64,000 nt of DNA from Nannocystis radixulma (lineage in GTDB: Bacteria > Myxococcota_A > Polyangia > Nannocystales > Nannocystaceae), in NCBI RefSeq assembly GCF_028369095.1, contig NZ_JAQNDN010000024.1, positions 25,350 to 89,349 on the forward strand, in the 5' to 3' direction. The notes beneath the pieces were generated by a model. It worked only from the letters and a program-made list of their open reading frames with translations. It did no database searches and was not told the DNA's origin. Numbering within the stretch: the first letter of the stretch is position 1; each line of letters starts with the position of its first letter. Made by a program: the position numbers and the translations under genes. Shown here one piece after another: positions 45,581-55,605 of the stretch.

Positions 45581-45620
45581 GAACGTGCTCACTCGCGCGT
45601 GCGCCGGCACGGGCGAGCGC

Positions 45621-46979
45621 TCACACCTTGAGGTTCGGCAGCGCGCCGGTGCCGTCGTCGCCGAAGCCGGCCATGGGCACGTCGAACATCTCGGCGATCG
45701 AGGTGAACAGGTTGGCGAGGGGCGGGTTGTCGCCGTACTTCACGTGGCGTCCGGGCGTCAACTGGCCCTGGGCGCGGCCCGCCAGCAGCACCGGCAGGTT
45801 GTTGTGGTTGTGCGCGTTGCCGTCGCTGATCTCGGACGACTGGAACACCACGCAGTTGTCGAGCAGCGTGCCGTCGCCCTCGGGCGACGACTTGAGCTTC
45901 TGCAGCAGCTTGGCGAACTGGACCATCTCCCAGCGATCGATGATCTCGAGCTTGGCGAAGTTGTCAGGGTTGTCCATGTGGTGCGAGATCTCGTGGTGCG
46001 CTCCCTGAGCGCCGATGAACGAGTAGTCGCGGTAGCTGCCGGCGTTCTCGAGCATGAACGTGATGATGCGGGTCTGGTCGCACTGGAAGGCCAGCACCAT
46101 CAGCTCGGTCATGAGGTCGACGTGGGTGGTGAAGTCGGGGTACGCGCCCGAGAACATCGCCGGCAGCGAGCACACCGCCTCGGTGTTCTCGGCGGTGAGG
46201 CGCTTCTCGAGGTCGCGCAGGCCGGTGAGGTACTGGTCGAGCTTGTCGCGGTCGGTCTTGCCGAGCTTGGTCTGCAGCGACTCGACCTGGCCGGTGGCGT
46301 AGTCGATGACGCTGATCCGGTTGGCGCGCCGCTTGGCCTGCTCCTCGGCGGTCGCCTCGGGGTCGAAGCCGGAGAACAGCAGGTCGAAGATGACCTGCGG
46401 GTCGTACAGCTTGGGCAGCGGGGTCTTGGCGTCGGCCCACGAGATGTTGCTGGTGTAGGCGCAGCTGTAGCCGCTGTCGCAGTTGCCCATGGTCGCGCCG
46501 TTGGCGGTCCCGAACTGCAGCGAGCGGTGCGGCGTGGCGTCGCCGATGGCGTTGGCGATCACCTGGTCGATCGAGATGTCGTTGTTGATGTCGGTCTCGG
46601 ACTTGGTGACGTGCGTACAGGTGAGGAACGCCGACGTGCCGCCGGCGTGGTCGCCCGGGCCTTCTGGCTTTGCGGGCAGGTTCTGCAGGCCAGTCAGGAC
46701 CAGGATGTCGCCCTTGAGGTCGACCATCGCCTGCGGGTCGACGAGCGGCGAGAGGATCGGCGTGATCTCGAAGCCCGGGCCCTCGGTGGCGGGCGTGTAC
46801 GACTGCATGTGGATCCCGTTGGGGAGGTAGTAGAAGAGGGCGCGCAGCGGCGGGCCCATGGGCTCCTCCGCGCGAGCCCGCCGTCCGGCGGGCGCCATGG
46901 CCTCGAGCCAGGGCAGGGCGATCAGGGCACCGGCCCCGCCCAGGAGGGTACGGCGCGAGAGTGAAAAGCGACGCGGCAT
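45621..46979 (-). CDS. DUF1552-family protein with a Tat-like signal
   Basis: N-terminal SRRTLLGGAGALIALPWLEA. Partner of the upstream DUF1592-family gene. Confidence 0.7.
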   Translation of the reverse strand: MPRRFSLSRRTLLGGAGALIALPWLEAMAPAGRRARAEEPMGPPLRALFYYLPNGIHMQSYTPATEGPGFEITPILSPLVDPQAMVDLKGDILVLTGLQNLPAKPEGPGDHAGGTSAFLTCTHVTKSETDINNDISIDQVIANAIGDATPHRSLQFGTANGATMGNCDSGYSCAYTSNISWADAKTPLPKLYDPQVIFDLLFSGFDPEATAEEQAKRRANRISVIDYATGQVESLQTKLGKTDRDKLDQYLTGLRDLEKRLTAENTEAVCSLPAMFSGAYPDFTTHVDLMTELMVLAFQCDQTRIITFMLENAGSYRDYSFIGAQGAHHEISHHMDNPDNFAKLEIIDRWEMVQFAKLLQKLKSSPEGDGTLLDNCVVFQSSEISDGNAHNHNNLPVLLAGRAQGQLTPGRHVKYGDNPPLANLFTSIAEMFDVPMAGFGDDGTGALPNLKV

Positions 46980-47010
46980 CGTGATGTCTCCGGGAAGTTG
47001 GGGTGGTGGT

Positions 47011-49146
47011 TCACATCGCGGGGTCGCCGCGGCGCATGCGGAACACGTCGCTCGTGACGAGCGAGACGACGAGGTCGGAGAAGCGACGGTCCTCGGCCGA
47101 GAAGTCGGTCGAGATGTCGTCGAGGTACGGGGTGTCCTTGATCCCGACGGCGCGCCCGAGGGCGTAGATGAAGGTCTTGCGGGCGACGCAGGCCAGGAAT
47201 TCGGGCTCGGCGGCGATCAGGGCCTGCATCTCGAGGCCGTCGGCGAACGGCTTGCCGTTGGGCAGCGTGCCGGTGGCGTCGATCGGCAGGCCGTTGTCGA
47301 GGTCGCGCCAGGCGCCGAGCGGGTCGTAGTGCTCGAGGGCGAAGCCGAGCGGATCCATGGTGACGTGGCAGCCGATGCACTCGGGCTTGTCGCGGTGGGC
47401 CTCGAGGATCTCGCGCTGCGTCTTGCCCTCGATCGGGTTGAGCTTGGTGTCGACGCCCGGCGGCGGCGGCGGCGGCGATTGACACAGCAGGCTCTCGAGC
47501 ACCCACTTGCCGCGCTTGACCGGCGAGGTGTGGTCGGCGTGCGAGAGCACCGTCATCAGGCCGGCCTTGTTGAGGATGCCCTGGAACGGCAGCTCGCCGA
47601 AGTCGACCTCGGCGAACTCGGGCCCGAACTGGCCCTCGATGCCGTAGTGGGTGGCGAGGGTGGCGTCGACGTACGTGTCGGTGGCGGTCAACATCTCGAG
47701 GAAGTCGCGGTCGGCGGAGAAGAACGTCTCCGCGAACAGCTTCATCTCGGTGCGCATCGACTCGCGCATCGCGTCGTTCCACTGTGGGTACATGGCGACG
47801 TCCTTGAACGCGACGGCGATGTTGCGGATGAGCCACCACTGCCCGGCGAAGTTGTCGATCAGCGCGCGGGCGCGGTCGTCGGCGAGCATGCGCCGGGCCT
47901 GGGCCTCGAGCTCGACGGGGTCCTGCAGCGCGCCGGCCCTGGCGGCCGCGAACAGCTCGTCGTCGGGCATGCTGCTCCACAGGAAGTAGGACAGGCGCGA
48001 GGCCAGCTCGAAGTCGGTGAGCGGGTGCGGCGTCAGGTCGGTCGGCGCCGGGTCGAGCTCGACGCGGTAGACGAAGTACGGCGAGACCATCACGGCCTGC
48101 AGGGCGATGCGGAGGCCGGCCTCCCAGGTGTCGCCGGCCGCCTTGCCGTCGGCGACGAACTGCATCAGCGCGTCGAGCTCGGCGCCGGTGACCGGGCGTC
48201 GCCACGCGCGCTCGGTGAAGGTGCTCAAGATCTGGCGCAGACAGACCTCCTCGCCCTCGGTGTCCGGGTCGCAGATCATGATCCGCGTGCGCAGCGGGTT
48301 GTCGCCCTGCGGCAGGTTGATCGGACCCTCGACCTTGAACCAGTCGACGATCAGGTTGCGGTCGGCCATGTTCGGCTCGTCGTAGTAGTCGTTGGTGAAC
48401 TCGACCGCGAACTTGTGCACGCCGGCGGTGGCGTCGATCGTGATCTCGTAGACCTGGGCGCCGTTCTGCACCGCCTCGACGTCGAACATCGCCACCGGGG
48501 CCTGATCGACGGTGAGGTTCATGTGCGGCAGGTCGGGGCCGGCCTGCTGGCCCCAGACGCGGGCGCTGAACTTGTACTGCCCGTCGTAGGGCAGCTCGAT
48601 GGTCTGGTACACCTCGCCGTTGCTGTAGAGGTTCCAGCCCTCGCCGGTGGCGCCGCCGACCGAGGCGAGCGCGTCCTCGGCCTCGATCTGCCAGGTGCCC
48701 GCGTCGGTGATCGGGATCTCCATCGCCTCGAGGATCAGACCTTCGGCGGCCCGCTCATAGAGCTCGGCCTGCAGCGGCGAGGTGCTGAGGACGTCGGAGA
48801 TGTTGTCGAACCCGAGCCCGAAGTCGTCGGCCGGGAAGCTGTCGGCGGGCCGCTGCGCGGTGCCGAGGAGGTCCTTGACCGTGTTGTTGTACTCGGTGCG
48901 GTTGAGGCGGTGCACGGTGACACGCCCGGGGTCGGCCGCGTCGCCCTCGGTCGGGTCGCCGGCGGTCGGATCGTCGGTGTCTCCCGCGGTGCCCTCGGTG
49001 GGCACGCCGGTCGGCGACGACATCGTGTTACCAGTCGTGATCACGTCGGTGTCGGTGTCGTTGGCCGTCGGGCTGCTCGGGCAGCCGGCCAACCACACGA
49101 GCCCGAGCGCGGCCCCGAACCATGGGCGGTGCGTGTGCCTCGTCAT
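47011..49146 (-). CDS. DUF1592/DUF1595/DUF1587/DUF1585/DUF1588-family lipoprotein (the large partner of DUF1552)
   Basis: LAGC lipobox and multi-DUF architecture including the CIGCH motif. Typical of the Planctomycetes/Myxococcota paired family. Confidence 0.7.
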   Translation of the reverse strand: MTRHTHRPWFGAALGLVWLAGCPSSPTANDTDTDVITTGNTMSSPTGVPTEGTAGDTDDPTAGDPTEGDAADPGRVTVHRLNRTEYNNTVKDLLGTAQRPADSFPADDFGLGFDNISDVLSTSPLQAELYERAAEGLILEAMEIPITDAGTWQIEAEDALASVGGATGEGWNLYSNGEVYQTIELPYDGQYKFSARVWGQQAGPDLPHMNLTVDQAPVAMFDVEAVQNGAQVYEITIDATAGVHKFAVEFTNDYYDEPNMADRNLIVDWFKVEGPINLPQGDNPLRTRIMICDPDTEGEEVCLRQILSTFTERAWRRPVTGAELDALMQFVADGKAAGDTWEAGLRIALQAVMVSPYFVYRVELDPAPTDLTPHPLTDFELASRLSYFLWSSMPDDELFAAARAGALQDPVELEAQARRMLADDRARALIDNFAGQWWLIRNIAVAFKDVAMYPQWNDAMRESMRTEMKLFAETFFSADRDFLEMLTATDTYVDATLATHYGIEGQFGPEFAEVDFGELPFQGILNKAGLMTVLSHADHTSPVKRGKWVLESLLCQSPPPPPPGVDTKLNPIEGKTQREILEAHRDKPECIGCHVTMDPLGFALEHYDPLGAWRDLDNGLPIDATGTLPNGKPFADGLEMQALIAAEPEFLACVARKTFIYALGRAVGIKDTPYLDDISTDFSAEDRRFSDLVVSLVTSDVFRMRRGDPAM

Positions 49147-49310
49147 TCAGGCCTCGATGCGCCACGGCCCGCCGGCTGTCAACTGACTCCGAAAGGCCGC
49201 AGCGGTGTCGTCACGACTCGCGCGCGATCGCGTGGCGAAGGCCCCGGGGGCGCCTGATCGATGGGTCGGCCTTGCACGGGTACGGGGCGCGCGAGTACCT
49301 TTGAAAGCCT

Positions 49311-50363
49311 ATGTTACTCGCTTGTAGACGGTGGCGGTTGGAGACGTGGGTGATTGTTTTTGCGCACCTCGCCGCGGGCTGCTTCGCGGTCAAGGTCGAC
49401 ACCACGGACACGCTCTCCACCTCCATCACCGATACGCTTACCGACACGATCACCGACACGCTGCCGACGACGGTCACCGACACGCTGCCGACGACGGTCA
49501 CCGACACGCTGCCGCCGACGACGATCGATCCGCCGACGACGATCGATCCGCCGACGACGATCGAGCCGACCGACACGATCGAGCCGACCGTCACCATCAC
49601 GGACCCGACTTTCACGGACCCGACCTTCACGACCTTCTCGACCGAGACCATCACGGTGACGACCATCACCGTGACGACCGAGCCGCCGAGCGACTGCGGC
49701 AACGGGGTGGTCGAGGACGGCGAGGAGTGCGACGACGGCAACTCGAGCGACACCGACGACTGCCCGTCAACGTGCAAGCAAGCGACCTGCGGCGACGGCT
49801 TCGTGCGCGCCGGCTCGGAGGTGTGCGACGACAAGATCAACGACAACAGCTACGAGGGCTGTGCGCCCGGCTGCGCGGCGCTCGGGCCCCGCTGCGGCGA
49901 CAACGTGCTGCAGGCGGTCGAGGGCGAGCTGTGCGACGACGGCAACCAGACCGCGGGCGACGGCTGCAACGCCTGCCTGACCGAGAACCTGCCCGGCGAG
50001 TGCGGGCAGGCGGTCGCGCTGCCGCAGCCGGGCCGCAACGTGGCCTCGCAGATCGAGGAGGTCGAGTGCGACCTCGACCTGCCGGCCGAGGGCCAGTGGT
50101 CGCGCTTCGTCGGCTCGGCGGGCTCGCGCATGCCGACCACCGCGCCGCCGATGTTCTCGTGCGGGACCCACGCGCCCGGCTGGCTCAACGGACAGGAGCC
50201 CTCGGAGGCTGACGGGGTGGTCGCCCGCGAGGTCTGCTTCCACTGGGAAGGCGAGACCTGTCACTTCAAGGCCCCGATCGCCGTGCAGAACTGCGGGCCG
50301 TTCATCATGTACCGCCTGCCGACCCCGCCGAGTTGCGCGCTGCGCTACTGCGGGGTCGACTGA
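49311..50363 (+). CDS. Lipoprotein with a Thr-rich tandem-repeat linker and Myxococcus cysteine-rich repeats (TIGR02232-like)
   Basis: Lipobox HLAAGC. (TDTLPTTV)x3 and (DPPTTI)x3 encoded by exact DNA tandem repeats. CGNG…GEECDDGN repeats. Confidence 0.6.
   Translation: MLLACRRWRLETWVIVFAHLAAGCFAVKVDTTDTLSTSITDTLTDTITDTLPTTVTDTLPTTVTDTLPPTTIDPPTTIDPPTTIEPTDTIEPTVTITDPTFTDPTFTTFSTETITVTTITVTTEPPSDCGNGVVEDGEECDDGNSSDTDDCPSTCKQATCGDGFVRAGSEVCDDKINDNSYEGCAPGCAALGPRCGDNVLQAVEGELCDDGNQTAGDGCNACLTENLPGECGQAVALPQPGRNVASQIEEVECDLDLPAEGQWSRFVGSAGSRMPTTAPPMFSCGTHAPGWLNGQEPSEADGVVAREVCFHWEGETCHFKAPIAVQNCGPFIMYRLPTPPSCALRYCGVD
49430..49600 (+). repeat. In-frame coding tandem repeats (about 24-27-bp units x3 and 18-bp units x3) encoding the Thr-rich linker (TDTLPTTV)3 (DPPTTI)3
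   Basis: Exact repeated DNA: ctgccgacgacggtcaccgacacg x3 and ccgccgacgacgatcgat x3. Confidence 0.7.
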
Positions 50364-50380
50364 GTTCGTATCCAATCTAT

Positions 50381-50422
50381 GTCTTTATGGACATGCCTCT
50401 TGAGGCATGCTCATAAAGACAG
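50381..50422. repeat. 20-bp-stem hairpin element (TGTCTTTATGGACATGCCTC-ttga-GAGGCATGCTCATAAAGACA) containing TGTC-N6-GACA
   Basis: Convergent junction between the 49311 gene and the DUF423 gene. The same TGTCTTT…GGACATG module appears at 9254. Confidence 0.65.
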
Positions 50423-50611
50423 AACGTAGCTGCCGCTTCCGTCGGTGGACTGATTCTCCGTGCGGCGACAAGCGGGGTCGGCGACGCTCGTCGCAGGCGG
50501 GCACGGAGCGGCGGAATCGGACGCAGGCGGGACGGAGCCGCAGTTCATTCCGCCGCTCCGTGCCCGCCGTCACCCAGGTCTTCCGGGCCCCGCGCCTTCG
50601 ACCGAGAACAC

Positions 50612-51007
50612 TCAGGGCGCGACCTGGCGCAGCCCGAGCACGATGATCGTCAGCCAGCCCGCGAGCAGGCACAGCCCGCCCAGCGGAGTGACCGCGCCGA
50701 GCACCCGCGGCCCGCCGAGCGTGATCGCGTAGAGCGTGCCGGAGAACACCGCGATGCCGGCGACGAACAGCGACATCGCCACGCCGTGGAGGCCGGTCGC
50801 CTCGCCGCGGGCCTGCAGCGACAGGGCCCACAGCGCGACGACCAGGAGGACGACGGCGTGCAGCTGCTGGTAGTGCGCGCCGGTGTGCCAGATCTCGAGG
50901 TCGCGCGGGCTGACGCGGTCGCGCAGGCCGTGGGCGCCGAACGCTCCGGCGGCGACGCCGAGGAAGCCGAGCAGGCCGGCGAGGATGATTCCTGTCTTTG
51001 CGGTCAT
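50612..51007 (-). CDS. DUF423-family small membrane protein
   Basis: 131-aa protein with 4 TM helices, YgdD/DUF423-like. Confidence 0.6.
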   Translation of the reverse strand: MTAKTGIILAGLLGFLGVAAGAFGAHGLRDRVSPRDLEIWHTGAHYQQLHAVVLLVVALWALSLQARGEATGLHGVAMSLFVAGIAVFSGTLYAITLGGPRVLGAVTPLGGLCLLAGWLTIIVLGLRQVAP

Positions 51008-51552
51008 GGCGGTGGTTCGGTGACGGGTAGTGCGGTCGGGAGGGCCGCGATCTCGGCCTCGAGCCAGCTGCGGAAGTTGAGCTCGCGGCCGTCGGGGAGG
51101 CGGACGAGGTAAGAGCGGCCGCCGAAGAAAGTGCGGCCGCCGATCTGGTCGAGCCAGGTCGACAGGCCCTCGAGGCCGCGGCCGAGCCAGCGCGTCTTGG
51201 TCTCGAGCATGCCGGCGAAATCGAAGCCGCTGTAGCGCTTGCGCGTGCCGTCGGAGGTGACCGACACAAAGTCGTAGTCGCTGGTGCGGACGAGGGCGAT
51301 CGCGGCGCGCACGGGCGGCGAGATCACGGCCTCCTCGGTGGCCAGGCGGACGGCGTCGGCTTCCTTCTTCTTCTCGCGCTCGACGTGGCGGTCGGAGGCG
51401 TTGCGCAGGAACGACTGGAACTTCTCGTCGCAGGCCGGCCCGGCGGCGGCGGCGACGGCGACGGCGAGGAGCAGCCCGCGGCGCGAGGCGGCGAGCGAGC
51501 CCGGCCGCGGGCGGTCGCTGGCGGGCGCGGAAGGAGCGGCGCGGCGCGTCAC
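51004..51552 (-). CDS. Hypothetical secreted/lipoprotein, GTG start
   Basis: Signal-like LLLAVAVAAAAGPAC. It overlaps the DUF423 gene by 4 nt and is divergent from rarA. Confidence 0.4.
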   Translation of the reverse strand: MTRRAAPSAPASDRPRPGSLAASRRGLLLAVAVAAAAGPACDEKFQSFLRNASDRHVEREKKKEADAVRLATEEAVISPPVRAAIALVRTSDYDFVSVTSDGTRKRYSGFDFAGMLETKTRWLGRGLEGLSTWLDQIGGRTFFGGRSYLVRLPDGRELNFRSWLEAEIAALPTALPVTEPPP

Positions 51553-51574
51553 GCCTGGTAGGCTACCACGCACC

Positions 51575-52939
51575 GTGCAGTCCCACGCGAGCGACGACCT
51601 CTTCGAGCGTGCCTGGCAGCGCGACCCCTCGCTGGTGCCGCTGGCCGAGCGCATGCGGCCGCGCCGCCTCGACGAGGTGGTCGGGCAGACGCACCTGCTC
51701 GGGCCGGGGAAGATCCTGCGGCGGATCGCCGACACCGGGCGGGTGCCGAGCCTGATCTTGTGGGGGCCGCCGGGCACGGGCAAGACGACGCTGGCGCGGC
51801 TGTTGGCCGAGCACACCAAAAGCGCGTTCTGCGTGCTGTCGGCCACCTCGGCGGGGGCCCGCGAGCTGCGCGAGGTGGTCGAGGCCGCGCGCCGGCGGAG
51901 GTCGCACGAGGGTCGCGGGACGCTGCTGTTCGTCGACGAGATCCACCGCTTCAACAAGGCGCAGCAGGACATCCTCCTGCCGCACCTCGAGGCGGGGGTG
52001 TGCGCGCTGGTCGGGGCGACCACGGAGAACCCGAGCTTCGAGGTCAACGCGGCGCTGCTGAGCCGGGTGCGGGTGCTGCAGCTGCGGCCGATCGAGGTCC
52101 GCGACCTGGTGGCGCTGCTGCGCCGCGCGCTCACCGACGAGGAGCGCGGCCTGGGCGCGCGCAAGCTCGAGGCCGAGGACGGGCTGCTGGCGGCGATCGC
52201 CCACACCGCCCAGGGCGACGCCCGGCGGGCGCTCGGGGCGCTCGAGCTGGCGGTCGACCTGGTGCCCGAGGGCGAGACGCGGCTGACCCGCGAGGTCGCG
52301 CAGCAGGCCGTCGGCGGCCGTTCGCTGCGCTACGACAAGGCCGGCGAGGAGCACTACAACGTCGTCTCGGCCTTCATCAAGAGCATGCGGGCCAGCGACG
52401 CCGACGCCGCGGTGTACTGGCTGGCGCGCATGCTCGAGGCGGGCGAGGACGTCGACTTCGTGGCCCGGCGGATCGTGATCTTCGCCGCCGAAGATGTCGG
52501 CAACGCCGAGCCGCAGGCGCTGCAGGTGGCCGTGGCCGCCGCGCAGGCGGCCCACCAGATCGGCATGCCCGAGGCCGTGCTGCCGCTGACGCAGGCCGCC
52601 CTGTTCCTGGCCCTGGCGCCGAAGAGCAACACTGCCCTGACGGCCTACGCGAACGCGCGCAAGGACGTGCTGCGCGCGGGCAGCCTCGAGGTGCCGCTGG
52701 CGGTCCGCAACGCCGTGACGCCGCTGATGCGCGAGGCGCAGTACGGGGTCGGCTACAAGTACCCGCACGACTTCGAGGGCGGGGTGGTCCCGGGCAACGA
52801 GAGCTACCTGCCCGAGGCGCTCCGCGGCCAGCGCTACGCCCACCCGGGGCCGCGCGGGTGGGAGGCGACCGCGTGGGAGCGGCTGCAGCAGCTGCGCACC
52901 GGGACCGCCGCGGCGGAGGAGCCCGAGCCGGGCGAGTGA
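51575..52939 (+). CDS. rarA: Replication-associated recombination protein A (MgsA/RarA AAA+ ATPase)
   Basis: PLAERMRPRRLDEVVGQ, Walker A GPPGTGKTT, and the MgsA C-terminal domain. Confidence 0.9.
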   Translation: MQSHASDDLFERAWQRDPSLVPLAERMRPRRLDEVVGQTHLLGPGKILRRIADTGRVPSLILWGPPGTGKTTLARLLAEHTKSAFCVLSATSAGARELREVVEAARRRRSHEGRGTLLFVDEIHRFNKAQQDILLPHLEAGVCALVGATTENPSFEVNAALLSRVRVLQLRPIEVRDLVALLRRALTDEERGLGARKLEAEDGLLAAIAHTAQGDARRALGALELAVDLVPEGETRLTREVAQQAVGGRSLRYDKAGEEHYNVVSAFIKSMRASDADAAVYWLARMLEAGEDVDFVARRIVIFAAEDVGNAEPQALQVAVAAAQAAHQIGMPEAVLPLTQAALFLALAPKSNTALTAYANARKDVLRAGSLEVPLAVRNAVTPLMREAQYGVGYKYPHDFEGGVVPGNESYLPEALRGQRYAHPGPRGWEATAWERLQQLRTGTAAAEEPEPGE

Positions 52940-52983
52940 GGTCGGCGCGGGCTTGCGCGAAGCGGCCTGCCGATCGGACCCGA

Positions 52984-53080
52984 GGGACAGGTCGACGGAG
53001 CTGTCCGAAGGGACACTTTATTTTCGGGGCATGGACATCGGCACTAGGAGACAGGTCGATCGACCTGTCCGAAGAGACAC
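52984..53080. repeat. Two direct copies of an about 33-bp unit. Each contains a GACAGGTCGA…CTGTC palindrome and a TGTCCGAAGRGACAC site. GACAGGTCGATCGACCTGTC at 53050-53069 is a perfect 20-bp palindrome.
   Basis: Located after the rarA stop, at a convergent junction with the FAD-oxidoreductase gene. Confidence 0.7.
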
Positions 53081-53090
53081 CCCGGCGGTC

Positions 53091-54443
53091 CTACGCCAGC
53101 AGGCGGCCGGCGAGGTCCTGGCACTGCGGGGCCAGCTCGAGCACCGCGGTCGTCTCCCACAGCTGCGGCCGGCGCAGGTTGCCGACGGCGTGCAGCCAGG
53201 TCGAGGCGCGGCCGTTGGCGTCGAGCAGCGCGGCGTCGTCGTCGACTGCGGCGCCGAGCGGGTCGGGCACCAGCAGGCCGCGCGCCATCAGGCGGTCGAG
53301 CAGAGGATCGCCGGCGGCGCGGGGATCGGTCGCCGGACCGGTCGCGTTGAGCATGGCGTCGACGCGCAGGTGGCGGCAGGGTCCGCCGTTGCGCGGCCGG
53401 ATCGTCGCCAGGATCGAGTCTGTCCCGAAAGACAGATCGTCGAGCCGGCCGGCGTGGACCTGCAGGCGGCCCGAGGCGCGCAGAGCGGCGATCGCCGCGG
53501 CGGTGGCCGGGGCGGCGCGGTGGCGGTGGATCTCCCAGTACACACGCAGGTGGAGGACGAAGCGCTCGCGCTCGGCGACGGGCCAGCGGCGCCAGATCGC
53601 CTGCGTCACCGGGCGCAGGTCGGCGACGACGTCGCGCCAGTCGCCGCCGCGGGCCACCTCCTCGCGCACGGCGGCCCGCAGCGCGTGCAGGGCCCCGCGC
53701 GCGCTCGCGGGCCAGCGCTCGATCGCCGGCGGGTGCGGCTCGGGCGGACGCCCCGGGACGCGGTGGGCGTGCGGCAGCAGGCCGTGGCGCGACAGCAGGT
53801 GGATCGGTCCGCGGTGGCCGGCGCCGTCCAGGCCGAGCGCGAGGTCGAGCGCGGACAGACCTGTCCCGAAGACCAGCACGCTCGCGTCGGGCACGGGGGC
53901 CGGGGCCGGGGCCGACCATGGGTCGTGGACGTAGCGCGGCTCGGCGCGCACCGCCTCGCCCAGGCCCGCGGGCAGGCGCGGCGCGAAGTTGCCGACGGCG
54001 AGGACGACGTGGTCGGCGGTGACGTGGGTGCCGTCGGCCAGCGCGAGCGCGGCGGGTCGGTCGGCCGCGGGGGGGCGGGCGTCGATGACCTGGCCCGTGA
54101 GACATGTGATGGCCTCGCCACCGGCGACCAGCAGCGCGCGCAGGTAGTCGCCGTAGAGGCCGCGCGGCAGGAAGCTGCCCCCGTTCACGCCGGGGTCGCG
54201 GGCGCGGGCCCAGCGGACGAAGTGCTCCGGGTCGTCGGGGAGGGCGCTCATCCGCCCCGCCGGGGTGTTGAGCAGGTGGCGCGGGTCGGCTGTCCGATAG
54301 GCCAGGCCGGGGCCGAACTCGCCGCGCGCGTCGATCACCGTCACGCGCGGGTGGACGGGCGAGCGCGCGAGGTGGTGGGCGAGGGCGACGCCGCAGAAGC
54401 CCGCGCCGACGACGGCGATGGTGGGCGCAGACGCGGACGGCAC
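53091..54443 (-). CDS. FAD/NAD(P)-binding oxidoreductase (FAD-NAD(P)-binding domain family)
   Basis: N-terminal IAVVGAGFCG dinucleotide motif and a second VLVFGTGLSALD motif. Confidence 0.65.
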   Translation of the reverse strand: MPSASAPTIAVVGAGFCGVALAHHLARSPVHPRVTVIDARGEFGPGLAYRTADPRHLLNTPAGRMSALPDDPEHFVRWARARDPGVNGGSFLPRGLYGDYLRALLVAGGEAITCLTGQVIDARPPAADRPAALALADGTHVTADHVVLAVGNFAPRLPAGLGEAVRAEPRYVHDPWSAPAPAPVPDASVLVFGTGLSALDLALGLDGAGHRGPIHLLSRHGLLPHAHRVPGRPPEPHPPAIERWPASARGALHALRAAVREEVARGGDWRDVVADLRPVTQAIWRRWPVAERERFVLHLRVYWEIHRHRAAPATAAAIAALRASGRLQVHAGRLDDLSFGTDSILATIRPRNGGPCRHLRVDAMLNATGPATDPRAAGDPLLDRLMARGLLVPDPLGAAVDDDAALLDANGRASTWLHAVGNLRRPQLWETTAVLELAPQCQDLAGRLLA

Positions 54444-54752
54444 GCCTCAGCCTAGTGCCCGGCGCCGGCGGCTTCAACGGGTCCGGCCCGGGCGCGCGGA
54501 CTTCCGGGCGCTCGTCGCCTCGGCCATCGCTGCGCGCGGAGCCACGAGCGGCGAGGCTGGCCGGCCCGTCGGGCCCGCATGGCCACGGACGGCGAGTTCA
54601 GTGAGCCTTCCATGTCCCCCGGTCGCCCTCGCACGCCGGCGCCTGCCTCGCGCCCGGGCGGTGGTCGGATCCGGCGCGAGGCAAGAGATCGAACATCCCG
54701 CCCGCGGCACTCGCCAGGTGACAAGCGCGGGCGCCGATGCTATCCGCGCGGC

Positions 54753-55487
54753 ATGGCCGCCCGCCTCAGCGTCAACGTCAACAAGGTCGCCACCCTCCGC
54801 AACGCCCGCGGCGGCGACGTCCCGAGTGTGATCGAGGCGGTGCGGACGATCATCGCGGCCGGCGCGCCGGGCATCACCGTGCACCCGCGGGCCGACGAGC
54901 GCCACATCCGGGCCGCCGACGCGCGGGCGATCGCGGCCGAGCTGGCGCCGCTGCGCGATCGCGTCGAGTTCAACATCGAGGGCGACCCGCGGTCCGACCT
55001 GCTGGCGATGGTCGAGGAGCTGCGGCCGCACCAGTGCACCCTCGTGCCGGTGCGGCCGGGCGAGATCACGAGCCAGGCCGGGTGGCCGCCCGACACCTCG
55101 CGCGCCGAGCTCGGGGCGATCGTGACCCGGCTGCACAGGCTCGGGGTGCGGGTCTCGCTGTTCATCGACGCCGACCCCGCCGCGGTGCGCTGGGCCGCCG
55201 ACGTCGGCGCGCAGCGCATCGAGCTGTACACCGAGCCGTACGCGCGGGCCTACGCGGCCGGCGCGGGCGAGGCCTCGCTGGCGCAGTTCGCCGCCGCGGC
55301 CTCGCTGGCGCACTCGCTCGGGCTCGGCGTCAACGCCGGTCACGACCTCGACCTCGACAACCTGCCGCTGTTCAGCCGCCTGCCGCACCTCGACGAGGTC
55401 TCGATCGGCCACGCGCTCATCAGCCACGCGCTGTTCGTCGGGCTCGCGCGGGCCGTCGCCGACTACCTCGCCGCGCTGTCCGAATAG
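54753..55487 (+). CDS. pdxJ: Pyridoxine 5'-phosphate synthase
   Basis: LSVNVNKVATLRNARGG N-terminus and full-length PdxJ similarity. Confidence 0.9.
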   Translation: MAARLSVNVNKVATLRNARGGDVPSVIEAVRTIIAAGAPGITVHPRADERHIRAADARAIAAELAPLRDRVEFNIEGDPRSDLLAMVEELRPHQCTLVPVRPGEITSQAGWPPDTSRAELGAIVTRLHRLGVRVSLFIDADPAAVRWAADVGAQRIELYTEPYARAYAAGAGEASLAQFAAAASLAHSLGLGVNAGHDLDLDNLPLFSRLPHLDEVSIGHALISHALFVGLARAVADYLAALSE

Positions 55488-55488
55488 C

Positions 55489-55514
55489 CATGTCTTGAGA
55501 GACATGTCCGGACA
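55489..55514. repeat. Back-to-back perfect palindromes CATGTCTTGAGAGACATG and TGTCCGGACA immediately after pdxJ
   Basis: Read directly from the sequence. Intergenic between pdxJ and bfd. Confidence 0.7.
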
Positions 55515-55605
55515 GTCAGCCTGCGGCGCGCGCGGCGGTGCGCGCGTGCGCCCGCGCTCGCGGCGGGGCGTCGACGGGCGGCGGTCGCTGCGGTATCCCA
55601 GAGGG

